This document shows positions 1 to 10,139 of a stretch of DNA of 64,000 nucleotides, one piece after another (the first letter of the stretch is position 1; each line of letters starts with the position of its first letter). The notes below the pieces were generated by a model. That model made no database searches, had not been told where the DNA came from, and worked only from the letters and a program-made list of their open reading frames with translations. The stretch is from Candidatus Poribacteria bacterium (GTDB lineage Bacteria > Poribacteria > WGA-4E > WGA-3G): contig OZ244048.1 in NCBI GenBank assembly GCA_965215265.1, positions 2,848,001 through 2,912,000 on the forward strand, written 5' to 3'. Both the position numbers and the translations under genes were made by a program.

Positions 1-1665
1 CCAGATTGACTCTGTTTCCGGGGTAATACGCGGAATGGTGAAAACCGAGGATAACATTGGATCGAAAGCGTTCTCAAATTGCGTTGTTATCCTATTGGTA
101 TTCCGTAGAAGTATATTCTGGAGTTTTACACTACGTTTTTGAAGGGCACTAACAACCGCTCGAACATCAACATTTTGGCCGCCGAGAAAAGGAGCGAGTG
201 CTCTTCCAAGTTCTGCTTGAAAATCGGAGGTGAATAATGCCTTAAGAAGTCCACGATCAGCGAATTGGAGGTTGCGCGGATCAGGCATTGCCCACTTCTC
301 AATTGTGTAAGTCTTCGTTGCAGATATCACATCTGCTAACTGCACAGTGGTTCCTTCTAGGACACGCTTAGTCAATTCTGCAACGGCTTCACGATCCAGC
401 ACCTCGAGTTCTACTGGTTCAGCAAGCGTTACTGCAAAGTAATAATAAGTGCTACCGGACGGAACCCCTATCGTAGTTTCCCAAACAACGCCATTTGCGC
501 CCTGTGTGGGCTGCATAGGAATAGATACGTAGTTTCCCTCGAGTCCGGATTGCGAATGCAGAAGTTCGACGTTGGAGAATAATTGGGTGTTTAAGGCGGG
601 CCATGCGGGTAGATTAGTCGCCGCGAGCGACTCATCCAATTGGAAGGTGTACTCGAAAGTAGCCGAACCAAACACCGTAGATGTCAACTGTTGTCCTTGC
701 ACCGTCCGACCATCTGTAAGAGTAAACGCGACACCGCCGATGTCTGTTGAAGGGACCCGAGCATAAACATTCAAATTATTGCTCGTAAGATATGTGCGAT
801 TCTCTATATCCTGGTAAATAACCTCACTGAGCATAGGCGTAATGGCATTTCCAAAGTTCTCGCGGTCTAACCCCACTTCTCCTACTTGATCGGCAAAGAT
901 CCTGATATCCTTTGATGCCAAAAGTTGCTGAACTTGCTTTTTGGGCAAGTACCCTTTTGGAATCTGTTTAAGGATTTCTCCAATGACGGCATCTTGTGTA
1001 AGTCCGTAGGATGCTTCCAAGAGGGGAGGTGGAAGTCCAATGGATTCAAAAAGCTCAGATACAAATTTCGCACCAGATAATTTATTAAGTTCAAGTCCAC
1101 CCAGCCTTGATTTGCCGATTATAGCTTGATTTGCGGGTGTAATCGCTGCAAACGGATCGGCTTGTTCCAGCGGTGGCGTTACAGCTGGAGGTTCTACAGG
1201 GGGTTCAACAACCGGCGGCACAACTGGGGGTTCAACAACCGGCGGCACAACAACCCCGACCTGCAGTATCTGCGTGAGTTCATCAATCGCGGCAGGGTCC
1301 TGAAGCAGCGTATGAACAAGTGGGTCGTTGAGCATGGCTTTGAGTTCAGCATCTTCTTTCAGAAGCGTTATGAAACGATCATCTATATCCGGAATGAACT
1401 GCTTAAGAAGAGCATCCGGATTTGCAACAACAAGCGTGATAGTCTCTGGATTCAAGAGTGGTTGAATGTCAGGCGATTTAAGCCCTTGTAAGACTGCGGG
1501 GAGCACTTCTTGAATATCCGCTCGCATTAGTGTTGCACCGTATTTTTCAAAAACCTGTTGGGCAGGCGAAATTTCCTGCGCCTGTCCGAAAGCAGTGTCC
1601 AGAATTGAACTGTGAAAAACACACAATGTAAAAATCAAAAAACAAACGAGCGTTCGTTTTTTCAT
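1..1665 (-). CDS. Large secreted hypothetical protein, partial (runs off window start)
   Basis: Manual translation: ATG at 1665 after GAGGAGG RBS; MKKRTLVCFLIFTLCVFHSSILDTAFGQAQ signal-like N-terminus; Pro/Val-rich linker; frame open for 555 codons to position 1. Confidence 0.85.
   Translation of the reverse strand, partial: MKKRTLVCFLIFTLCVFHSSILDTAFGQAQEISPAQQVFEKYGATLMRADIQEVLPAVLQGLKSPDIQPLLNPETITLVVANPDALLKQFIPDIDDRFITLLKEDAELKAMLNDPLVHTLLQDPAAIDELTQILQVGVVVPPVVEPPVVPPVVEPPVEPPAVTPPLEQADPFAAITPANQAIIGKSRLGGLELNKLSGAKFVSELFESIGLPPPLLEASYGLTQDAVIGEILKQIPKGYLPKKQVQQLLASKDIRIFADQVGEVGLDRENFGNAITPMLSEVIYQDIENRTYLTSNNLNVYARVPSTDIGGVAFTLTDGRTVQGQQLTSTVFGSATFEYTFQLDESLAATNLPAWPALNTQLFSNVELLHSQSGLEGNYVSIPMQPTQGANGVVWETTIGVPSGSTYYYFAVTLAEPVELEVLDREAVAELTKRVLEGTTVQLADVISATKTYTIEKWAMPDPRNLQFADRGLLKALFTSDFQAELGRALAPFLGGQNVDVRAVVSALQKRSVKLQNILLRNTNRITTQFENAFDPMLSSVFTIPRITPETESIW
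1199..1251. repeat. 27-bp tandem repeat (x2) encoding VVPPVVEPP linker
   Basis: gggggttcaacaaccggcggcacaac(t) twice in tandem, inside the CDS above. Confidence 0.85.
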
Positions 1666-2260
1666 TAACTTATCCTCCTCGTTAAGTCCGCGAGAACGCG
1701 AGACTGATACTGAGTTCTTCTTGGATAGACATCGTCAAACATCAAATAGGAGACACGATAGGCGGCAGACGCAGCAGTATGTCCATCCAATATATTCGTA
1801 GGGTTTAGCATCGTAAGTAAACTTTCTGACCGCATAACGTCTATGAAGACAGCATAATAGTAGATTGAAGTTGTGCATCACTTATCAAGCCGCGCCTTCG
1901 GATTGTATTGTGTCGTCAGAAGTTTTGTATGCTTCATATTACATACGATTACAAGAGCAAAAAGCAAGCCAAAAAGATGGTGCCAGACTCCTGCTCTGAT
2001 TTCCCGTGCCGATATCATCGGCAGTTCCATAAACGTTTTTTATTAGCGGGTTAAAGTTCATCTAATAATTTTAACAAAAATGCCAAAATTAAGCAAGTGT
2101 TTTAAGTCATTAGAATCACAACCATTGTAAACTTTAAACCGAGAACCTAAATTATCCAAAATTTCTACAATATATGATACCACAATTTCTAAGAATTGTC
2201 AAGCGAAAAATAATTTCTGATAAAGATTGTGCGATGCAAACGGAGGTTTGCAAAACACAA

Positions 2261-2290
2261 TTGACAAATTAGCATAAATTCCATTATAAT
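2261..2290 (+). promoter_or_regulatory. sigma70-type promoter
   Basis: TTGACA-18nt-TATAAT upstream of the PhyH gene. Confidence 0.7.
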
Positions 2291-2328
2291 GTCAACACAA
2301 AACCTTCAAAGTTAACCACGAGGTTCTC

Positions 2329-3066
2329 ATGCTAAAAACTTCTGAGAAATCTCAGTTAGATGAGCACGGCGTTCTGTTTTTAGAGAATCTGATTAGTTCA
2401 GATGCAGCAATGGCACTGCGCGAGTGCGCGTTGGAACTTGCAATCAAAGAACAAAAATCAGGCAAGGACCATCCGTATTTAAACGGGCATGCACAACGGG
2501 TGTGGAACCTAGTTGGCAAAGGGAACCTATTTGAAAATGCCATTCAACATCCTAAGATACTGGACGCGATGGCATATTTACTCGGTGATGACTGCACCCT
2601 TAGCTCCTTCACAGTGAATGTGCTTTACCCCGGGGCACCGCGTGGTGGTTTGCATATTGATTATTCATTATCGGCATTGCCTCAACCTCGTCCGTATTTT
2701 CCAATGGTTGCCAACAGTGTCTGGTTTTTAGACGACTTTACGGTTGAAAACGGTGCAACCAGCTGTATACCGGGGAGCCATAAGCGTCTCGAAGGGCTAC
2801 CGCAACCGCATGTTGAATACGAAGACGAGGTGCAAATTTGTGGACCGCGAGGCTCCGTTCTAATTGTCAACGGTTCGGTCTGGCACGGTTCTTATGCAAA
2901 TGAGTCGGATACCGCTCGTGTCGCCCTGCTCGGTTTTTTCTGTCGGGCGATTCTGAAACCGCAACAAGAACATCTGAAATTGGTGTCAGAACAGGTCTTT
3001 TCCCGCGCAACGCCTACATTAAAACGGCTGCTCGGGCTTAATTCATTGCCGAACAGGAACGTCTAG
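2329..3066 (+). CDS. Phytanoyl-CoA dioxygenase (PhyH) family Fe(II)/2OG oxygenase
   Basis: LHID (HxD), ENGATxxIPGSHK, VWHGS motifs. Confidence 0.88.
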   Translation: MLKTSEKSQLDEHGVLFLENLISSDAAMALRECALELAIKEQKSGKDHPYLNGHAQRVWNLVGKGNLFENAIQHPKILDAMAYLLGDDCTLSSFTVNVLYPGAPRGGLHIDYSLSALPQPRPYFPMVANSVWFLDDFTVENGATSCIPGSHKRLEGLPQPHVEYEDEVQICGPRGSVLIVNGSVWHGSYANESDTARVALLGFFCRAILKPQQEHLKLVSEQVFSRATPTLKRLLGLNSLPNRNV

Positions 3067-3089
3067 TTGAAGCAAGGCGACAAAACAGA

Positions 3090-4124
3090 TTAAGGCACCA
3101 CGCGCTGAACTTCTGTCATCAATACCCATGAAGACTCTGGTGTTTTGGGTGTGAGTTGATAACGCAAGCGTGCTACAATCGTGTCTGATGTTTGAACATC
3201 AAAAACAAATTGTCTACTATCGTCTGCCGGAAGCCGGTTACCTTTTCTTCCTGAAATGGTAAACTGCGCGAGTTGACGTGGTGTACCATCCGGTGCCAAA
3301 ATCTGGACATCAAGAACAATGATACGCAGCATGCTCCCCGGTAAGATATGTCCCGCTTTATTAGCAACCGTCAGAGTCGCTTTCGCGGATGCAAATTCAA
3401 ACACAAGTGTTGCGGCCCGTTTGAGTTGTGAAAGACTCCGGCTCCCTTGCCACGTATGTTTTCTGCCTGGGCTGCTTTCATAACTCGCTGTGCTTTGCAA
3501 ACGTTTAACAGCCGGCATGTGGCAGGTTGCACAACTTTTCTTTTTAGAGGCGAAACGGCTCTTTAAAAAGCTCGATACCTGGTCATGTTCAGGAACGTTT
3601 GGCTGGCCGTGGCACGTGCTGCACAGTAAAGTTGGCTCCCGATAGACAGGGTTAGTTACATTCGCGTGAAAACTAGTTTCGGCAGTTGCAGGCGGCCCAT
3701 GCATTGCCCCGTCGATGTCCAGATGACAGACTAAACATGAAACGCCTGAATCCCGATTTCGGTTTCTTAATTTCGGCATTTTTCCTATGCCAGTCACCAG
3801 AATCGGTTCAGGTGCGTGACACGGGTCGCACTTCGTTTCGCGTTCTGCAATCTGTTCTGCGGCTTCTTGATAAATTTTATCCACCCATGCCTGGGCATGC
3901 ATCGATTTTTCCCATTCACGCCAAATTGCAGGATGACAACTCTTACACTTGCCGGATTTAAACGCTTGATGTGCTTCTTCATAGCGATCGGTTGTGCCCG
4001 CGTGCGCTGTGCTGGGATCTTCGCGTCTTGTAAGCGCCCACACAACCGACAGCAACGTCAAGCAGCAGACTACTACGTTCATCGGGCATCTGCCGCCGTA
4101 GACAGAAAACTTGGAAATTGCCAT
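3090..4124 (-). CDS. Pentaheme c-type cytochrome (c554-like)
   Basis: Five CxxCH motifs (CKSCH, CDPCH, CLVCH, CSTCH, CATCH); hydrophobic N-terminus; real start may be MNVVV at ~4082. Confidence 0.88.
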   Translation of the reverse strand: MAISKFSVYGGRCPMNVVVCCLTLLSVVWALTRREDPSTAHAGTTDRYEEAHQAFKSGKCKSCHPAIWREWEKSMHAQAWVDKIYQEAAEQIAERETKCDPCHAPEPILVTGIGKMPKLRNRNRDSGVSCLVCHLDIDGAMHGPPATAETSFHANVTNPVYREPTLLCSTCHGQPNVPEHDQVSSFLKSRFASKKKSCATCHMPAVKRLQSTASYESSPGRKHTWQGSRSLSQLKRAATLVFEFASAKATLTVANKAGHILPGSMLRIIVLDVQILAPDGTPRQLAQFTISGRKGNRLPADDSRQFVFDVQTSDTIVARLRYQLTPKTPESSWVLMTEVQRVVP

Positions 4125-4152
4125 GCTGTATTACTCTGAAAACCGTGCCATA

Positions 4153-5604
4153 TTAAGGTAACTCGAGCAACTTGCGTGCTGCTTGCTCTCCACTATGAAT
4201 ACAATCTGGAATGCCGATGCCGTGGTACGCGTTGCCCGCTAATGCGAACCCTGGTAAATCTTTCGCAAGCCGCTCAATTTCACTGACACGGCTCTGATGC
4301 CCAACCAGATACTGTGCCATTGCTTGTGGATGGTGGCTAACGAGAGAGAAAAGAGGCTCTTTTGTTATCCTGAGTAACCGTGTTAACTCTTTTAGTACTC
4401 GCTGTGTTAACTCACTATCATCAGATCCGTTATCTTCTTTTACAAAAGCGCGTAGCAACACATGTTCCTCCGGGGCGCGCGCCGCAAATTTAACGCTACT
4501 AAACGAACAACCGATGAGAGAAAGGTTCTCAGTTGCCGGTACGACAAAGCCCATACCGTTGAGTGGGTGTCCAATATCCGCGCGGCGAAAAGCCAGATTT
4601 ACGGTCACAGACGAAGCATAAGGAATTTCATCCAATTTTTTCGCAAGTACAGCGGAAACAGGTCGGCAGATTTCGCGAGCACGTGGCGCGGGAATGGCAA
4701 TGCAGAGGGAGTCAGCATCAAGCCTTTCGCCACTCGCAAGTGAAACCTGCCACCCCTTCCCGGTATCTAATTGTTGGATTGCCATCACACGCGATGCGAG
4801 TCGAATCGTCACTTCTGCACAGGACGGTGCATTTTGCAAGCGCGTGACGAGCGCATCCACCAGTGTTTGCATACCGGATATGAATGAAAGGAAAAGACTG
4901 TAGCGTGGTCCGCTCGTATCGCAAGTCGTCTGCTTGGTGTGCTGTTTTCTTGCTAAGAGCGCTTTAATGATGCTTCCATGTGTCTGTTCCATCTCTAAAA
5001 AGCGAGGAAATGTTGCTCTGAGGCTTAAATTTTCTGCATCTGAGGTGTAGATGCCGCCTATCATCGGTTGCGCCATCCGTTCAAATGCTTCATTCCCAAG
5101 CCTACGCCGCACGAAATCCGCCACGGATTCATCTACATTCTGTACACCGGGCGGGTTGGCTGCAACGCCACGCGGAATAAAAAAGTCAAACATCATCCGA
5201 AGTTTACCGGACCAGCTGAAGATAGGGCTTTTCAAAAAGGGCAAAAACGCACCGGGTGCCATCATGTAAAAGCCTTCAGGTACCGGATGCAATTTCCTTC
5301 TTCGGGCGACAAAACTGCGGCGGACATGGGGATTTGTCCCTATCAACTTATCGGCGACACCCAACTCCTCACATAACGTCTTTGCCCACGGCTTTGTCGA
5401 AATAAAAGCATCGGGACCATGCTCAATCAGAAAACCGTCGCGCTGCGTCGTTTGGAGAACCCCTCCGACGCGCTCGCTTGCTTCAAGCATTACGATATCA
5501 AGAGGACTACGCTGCTTTTCTGCCTCACGCATCAGGCGATAGCTGGCGGCTAATCCTGTGATACCACAGCCAATAACGATAGTGCGTTTCCGCTCCTGCT
5601 GCAT
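4153..5604 (-). CDS. hemY: Protoporphyrinogen/coproporphyrinogen oxidase (HemY type)
   Basis: GCGITGL FAD motif, EHGPDAF, GIGIPDCIHSG C-terminus. Confidence 0.92.
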   Translation of the reverse strand: MQQERKRTIVIGCGITGLAASYRLMREAEKQRSPLDIVMLEASERVGGVLQTTQRDGFLIEHGPDAFISTKPWAKTLCEELGVADKLIGTNPHVRRSFVARRRKLHPVPEGFYMMAPGAFLPFLKSPIFSWSGKLRMMFDFFIPRGVAANPPGVQNVDESVADFVRRRLGNEAFERMAQPMIGGIYTSDAENLSLRATFPRFLEMEQTHGSIIKALLARKQHTKQTTCDTSGPRYSLFLSFISGMQTLVDALVTRLQNAPSCAEVTIRLASRVMAIQQLDTGKGWQVSLASGERLDADSLCIAIPAPRAREICRPVSAVLAKKLDEIPYASSVTVNLAFRRADIGHPLNGMGFVVPATENLSLIGCSFSSVKFAARAPEEHVLLRAFVKEDNGSDDSELTQRVLKELTRLLRITKEPLFSLVSHHPQAMAQYLVGHQSRVSEIERLAKDLPGFALAGNAYHGIGIPDCIHSGEQAARKLLELP

Positions 5605-5651
5605 CGCAATATTCCTTTAGATAAACACAAGCAATTCTGTACTACAAGATC

Positions 5652-5694
5652 TCGGCAGGACAAGGTAATCTTTGTCCTGCCGATCTATAGATTT
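5652..5694. repeat. REP-like hairpin between hemH and hemY
   Basis: 12-bp stem tcggcaggacaa/ttgtcctgccga; 19 nt (5676-5694, minus) identical to 39768-39786 (plus). Confidence 0.65.
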
Positions 5695-6635
5695 GATTCA
5701 AATTTTTCACAGACAAAGTCTGCTAACATGTTAATAAAATTCGGATGGCTGCCAACGGTTTCTGTCCGTATAAACTCAATACCGCAAGCTGCCGCTGTTT
5801 CTGCTGCTTCTATATCGAGATCATATAGTACCTCGACGTGGTCACAGAGGAAACCAATAGGTGAGGCAACTATCGTTTTCACTGTCGTTCGTTTTTGTGC
5901 TTTAATCCAATCGTTAATATCCGGTTGTGTCCATTTAACGGGTGTATTTTCGGCTTGACTCTGGTATGCCAAAGCAAATTCCGTTTTGCCAAGTCGCTCG
6001 GCGACGAATTCTGCAGTCTCTGCAAATTGCTGTGTATAGGGAGAGGAATTTGCTGCAGGTTGCGGAATTGCGTGTGCAGTGAAGACAAGGGCCGCCTTTT
6101 CTAATTGCCCGTTGCAGGCGTTTTTAATGCGAGCAACGATAGCACTGATATATCCGTCGTGTGTCCACCAGGGTTCCACATAATCTATTGTGATTTGAAA
6201 ATCGCCAGCATCAATTGCCTTGCGCACCGTCTGCTGATACCAATCCCAACTAACTTTGGATTGATGCGGTGCCATAATAATGCCGAGCATTTTTTTGTGT
6301 CCCTTTCTCACCATGTCCAAGATAACGTCATTTAAATAGGGTGTCCAATGCCGGAATCCAGCGTAAACCGGCAGCGGCACATCGCGTTGACGTAATGCCT
6401 TTGCTAGAGCTTTCGCCTGCTGGAATGTCAATTCATTGAAGGGCGAAAAGCCCCCAAGTTCCGTATAATGGCTCGCGACCTCCGCCACCCGTTTAGCTTG
6501 GGATTTAGCTGTGCCGACAATTCCGTCAACGAAGCAGTAAGCCTCACTCGGACATGCCTCATATTTTTGACAACAGCCTGGTGTCGGTCCGCCAAACGCT
6601 ACAAGTAAAACACTATCATATCTTTCGTTAGCCAT
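5685..6635 (-). CDS. hemH: Ferrochelatase
   Basis: LLVAFGGP, GGFSPFN, VFTAHAIP, PIGFLCDHVEVLYDLD motifs. Confidence 0.92.
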   Translation of the reverse strand: MANERYDSVLLVAFGGPTPGCCQKYEACPSEAYCFVDGIVGTAKSQAKRVAEVASHYTELGGFSPFNELTFQQAKALAKALRQRDVPLPVYAGFRHWTPYLNDVILDMVRKGHKKMLGIIMAPHQSKVSWDWYQQTVRKAIDAGDFQITIDYVEPWWTHDGYISAIVARIKNACNGQLEKAALVFTAHAIPQPAANSSPYTQQFAETAEFVAERLGKTEFALAYQSQAENTPVKWTQPDINDWIKAQKRTTVKTIVASPIGFLCDHVEVLYDLDIEAAETAAACGIEFIRTETVGSHPNFINMLADFVCEKFESNL

Positions 6636-6706
6636 TTTTTCTCCGCTATCCGAATCGTATATTCAACCATCTACCTAATAGAGACATTTAGTTCATTAAG
6701 ATTGCC

Positions 6707-8185
6707 CTAAGTCATACTTGCTAATTGAGCTGGTATAAATCGTGCATCTGCTGCGATTGCTTTTGCGAAACACGTTTTGGCGCGTGGCTCATCTCCGTTA
6801 GTTCGATGTGCCAACCCAAGACAAAAATGTGCTTGTGCAAGTTGTGTACCTTGAATCTCGAGACTCAAGGCTTTATGAATTGCCGTGATGCCATCGCCCG
6901 GTTCATCGCCGTTGCGATAAGCAGATAAAATAAGGGATTGCCCACGTAAAAGGTACGCCGGTGCGTAATCTGGGTCCAATTCCAAGGCGATATCCACTGC
7001 TTTCTTTGCCTCAACGAAAAAATCCCCTTTCTCAAGCACACTTGGAACATGACGAGAGGCTCGTGTGAGGAGAGCTGCGTATGCTGTCCACGCAGCAGGT
7101 AGATTTGTAAATTTTTGCGTTGCAACTCTCAAAATGGCGATTGCTAAGCCGATATCACTACCTTCTTCAACCTCTTCCGAGGCCTGAAGATACGCTTCAA
7201 AGTCTTCTAATCCACGGGTCTTTTCGGAGAGGAGTTCTGCCTCTGTACTCGGAATGGCGGATGGCTTCAGATGCTGCCACCCTGGCTCCGGGTCATCTAT
7301 TAGGCCCCGGTACACCCGCAAAATTGCATAACGGGGTGTTCCCCAGACTTCGGCAATATCGCGTATCCAATTGGGAAGGTTCACCTCCATGTCTGCCAAA
7401 AGTTCAGTTAATCCCATGCCTCGTTCAACGCGTTGGCGTACTTCTGTTAAAAAATAAGATTCAATTTGAATCAACAAGTCGATTTGTGCATCATGCGCTA
7501 AGGGACCGTGTCCCGGCAAAACATGTTTGGGTGCATACGTACGAAGTTCGTCAATGGCGTTAATCCAATCATGATTTGCCATGAGTCCTTCATTCATCAC
7601 TGGCTGCCCAAAAATAGGGAAACTGCCGGTCATGACGGTGTCGCCGGAAATGATGCAGTCTTCTGCCGGGAGATGAATAGCAGTTGCATCATCTGTCTCT
7701 GCTTTACCTAAGTAAACGAGATGCAGGGGTTGATTTCCTAAATCAAGTTCGAGTTCCTGCGTGAATATCAGATGAGGTAGAAAGGGTGCCTCTCCAAGCG
7801 TAAAGCCGCGCGATTGCAGGAACGCTTCTTGGCGAGGTGAACGATGGACCATAAAATTTTTCGTCAATTCGCGTGCGACTAGCATTGCCCCGGCCTCAGC
7901 GAAAATAACATTTCCATTGGTATGATCCCAATGATAATGGGTATTAATCGCATAAAGAATTGGTTTATCAGTTATGCCACGAACGGCCTGGTGTAACCGC
8001 CGCGCCATCGCTTGATTTACCTGCGTATCAATCACTGCAACACCTTCATCGCCAATAATAATTGAGGAATTAACGATGTTACGAAATAGGTAGACGCGTT
8101 CGGTTACTTTAACTAAATGTCCATATTGTCGTGGCGCATAAGGGTTTCTCGAGGCACTGCGGCCTCTTCGTGGAATTTCTCTCAC
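6707..8185 (-). CDS. Metallo-beta-lactamase-fold hydrolase with C-terminal TPR repeats
   Basis: NTHYHWDHTNGN and LPGHG motifs; TPR-like helices (ALELDPDYAPAY); GTG start overlaps hemE stop (GTGA). Confidence 0.85.
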   Translation of the reverse strand: MREIPRRGRSASRNPYAPRQYGHLVKVTERVYLFRNIVNSSIIIGDEGVAVIDTQVNQAMARRLHQAVRGITDKPILYAINTHYHWDHTNGNVIFAEAGAMLVARELTKNFMVHRSPRQEAFLQSRGFTLGEAPFLPHLIFTQELELDLGNQPLHLVYLGKAETDDATAIHLPAEDCIISGDTVMTGSFPIFGQPVMNEGLMANHDWINAIDELRTYAPKHVLPGHGPLAHDAQIDLLIQIESYFLTEVRQRVERGMGLTELLADMEVNLPNWIRDIAEVWGTPRYAILRVYRGLIDDPEPGWQHLKPSAIPSTEAELLSEKTRGLEDFEAYLQASEEVEEGSDIGLAIAILRVATQKFTNLPAAWTAYAALLTRASRHVPSVLEKGDFFVEAKKAVDIALELDPDYAPAYLLRGQSLILSAYRNGDEPGDGITAIHKALSLEIQGTQLAQAHFCLGLAHRTNGDEPRAKTCFAKAIAADARFIPAQLASMT

Positions 8186-9291
8186 CCCAATCCCCTCCTT
8201 GCGACATTTACGAAACACTTGACGTTCTCAAACGGTGTGTCTCTGTGTATGCCATGGTTTAGATTCAAAATATGCCCAAGTGTGCCGCCCTGTTTTAAGC
8301 AAGCTAGGACAGATGCCGTAATGTCCTCATGGGTGCCATCGCGAAGGATATCGTTATCAACGTTCCCTTGTAAAGCGACTGTTCCCCCGGTTTCAGCCCT
8401 GGCCTTCACAAGATTGATGCATTTCCCTACGCTCAACACATCTGCGCCACTCCGTAGCATTAGATCCAGGTAACTGCACTCTTTCGCAAACAGAATCGCC
8501 GGTACCTGGGAATTGAGTTCAGAAAAAATCCGTTGGTGATACGGTAGTACAAAATTTTCGTACATCGGACGTGGAATGATATCCGCAACGGACTCAAAAA
8601 GTTGGACAAGTTGAACGCCCTCTGCAATTTGATAGTTCAAATAATTAATCGTAGTTTCTGTTAAGCGTGTGAGTAATTGATGAAAGAGTTTGGGTGCTTC
8701 TGCGATCATTTGAAAGACTGATTTCGTGTTATTCGCTAGCCTGCCGTCTCGTTTCATAAGGCTTCCGCCAGCAATAATAAAAGCAGCAAGCGTCATCGGT
8801 GCGCCTGCAAACCCGATAAGTGGCAATTTCCCGTTCAACCGTTCCCGGAGGGTGCGGATGACATTGCCTGTAAAGGCGAGTTGCGCCGGTGCGTCATCAA
8901 GCGGTTTAAGCGATTCTACTTGTTGGCGGCTGCGAATGGGTGGGTTTAAGACGGGCCCGGGCGTAAATCGAAAATGCAAGCCCATTGGACATAACGGTGT
9001 GAGAATATCTTTATAGACAATAATAGCGTCCACGCCAATGCGCGCAGGCAACAACGAAATTTTAACAGCAGATTCGACATCGGTATCCGACATGGGCATT
9101 GGGCAGGTGCGAAAGAGCCGTTCCAAGGGGAGGTTTATCTCCCGTCTGATCCGCCGGTAAGCCGGGTCGGAACGGCCGGCCTGTCGCATCATCCAAACAG
9201 GAGCTCTGTCAACCGGTAAACAGCGTGCCGCGCGTAAGAGCCGGTCGTTTTTCAAACCAGATAAGGATGCCTGTTTTTTATCCATCATCAA
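8182..9291 (-). CDS. hemE: Uroporphyrinogen decarboxylase
   Basis: PVWMMRQAGR, PLIGFAGAP, ILNLNHGI motifs. Confidence 0.93.
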   Translation of the reverse strand: MMMDKKQASLSGLKNDRLLRAARCLPVDRAPVWMMRQAGRSDPAYRRIRREINLPLERLFRTCPMPMSDTDVESAVKISLLPARIGVDAIIVYKDILTPLCPMGLHFRFTPGPVLNPPIRSRQQVESLKPLDDAPAQLAFTGNVIRTLRERLNGKLPLIGFAGAPMTLAAFIIAGGSLMKRDGRLANNTKSVFQMIAEAPKLFHQLLTRLTETTINYLNYQIAEGVQLVQLFESVADIIPRPMYENFVLPYHQRIFSELNSQVPAILFAKECSYLDLMLRSGADVLSVGKCINLVKARAETGGTVALQGNVDNDILRDGTHEDITASVLACLKQGGTLGHILNLNHGIHRDTPFENVKCFVNVARRGLG

Positions 9292-10122
9292 TCTGTTTTA
9301 ATTTCTCCCCACACTGTTGCCAATTTATCCGTCAGTTCTACTCTACTGGGGCGACACCAAGTAATTTGCCAACGCCGTCGTCCATGAGCGTTTTTAAATC
9401 CGCTTTGCTCAGTGTGTCACTGAACATCGCTACGTCATCAATGATGCCTTTGAAATAGCCGCCATCACATCCATGGCCTGCGGGACAGAGTCCACTGTCG
9501 ATAAGGAGGCCTTTTTCAGGCACACCGACTTTGTTTGGGCCTTTTGACTTAAATTCGCCATTAACATAGAGTTCATACTCCATTCCGTTGTAAATACCGG
9601 CGATAAAATACCACTCGTCTGTGTTATTCACCGGTGTACTTGCAGCGGCACATCCGGCTTGACAACTTTTGAATTCAAAATTCCCTGCGTTCCAAAATTC
9701 AAACCACCAATTTGCACCGCCGCCGTCTCCTGGATTCCCATTCGCAATAATGAGGGTAGCCGAACCTTTCCCTGCCGGGTTGTTAACACCGATAGCACTC
9801 GGGTACATCCAGAAAGTTACCGTGAATACCTCTGGATTAAACGACAGCGAAGGTCCGATTTCAACGTAATCGTCTTTCCCATCAAAGACAATTCCTGGTC
9901 CGAACTGCCCAGTTTCCCATTTTGCACCTTCTTTAATCTCACCATCATTTCCATTACCAGATGCATCCTTTACAGTTTTGCCTTTACCTTCATCAAAGAG
10001 CCAGATACCGACAACCGTGTCGGCATCTTAGCATAACTAACAGCGTTAAAGTATGCTACGAATGCTGCGAATACTGTCATCCCAAGCCCTATCTGCATCC
10101 AAAGGCGCGATTGGATACTCAT
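9288..10122 (-). pseudogene. LamG-like jellyroll protein, doubly frameshifted
   Basis: Signal peptide from ATG 10122 is out of frame with VGIWLFDEGKGKTVKDASGNGNDG (shift ~10028); a GTAGA duplication at ~9337-9346 puts the KLATVWGEIK tail out of frame. Confidence 0.8.
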
Positions 10123-10139
10123 GAATCTTGTGATAAATT

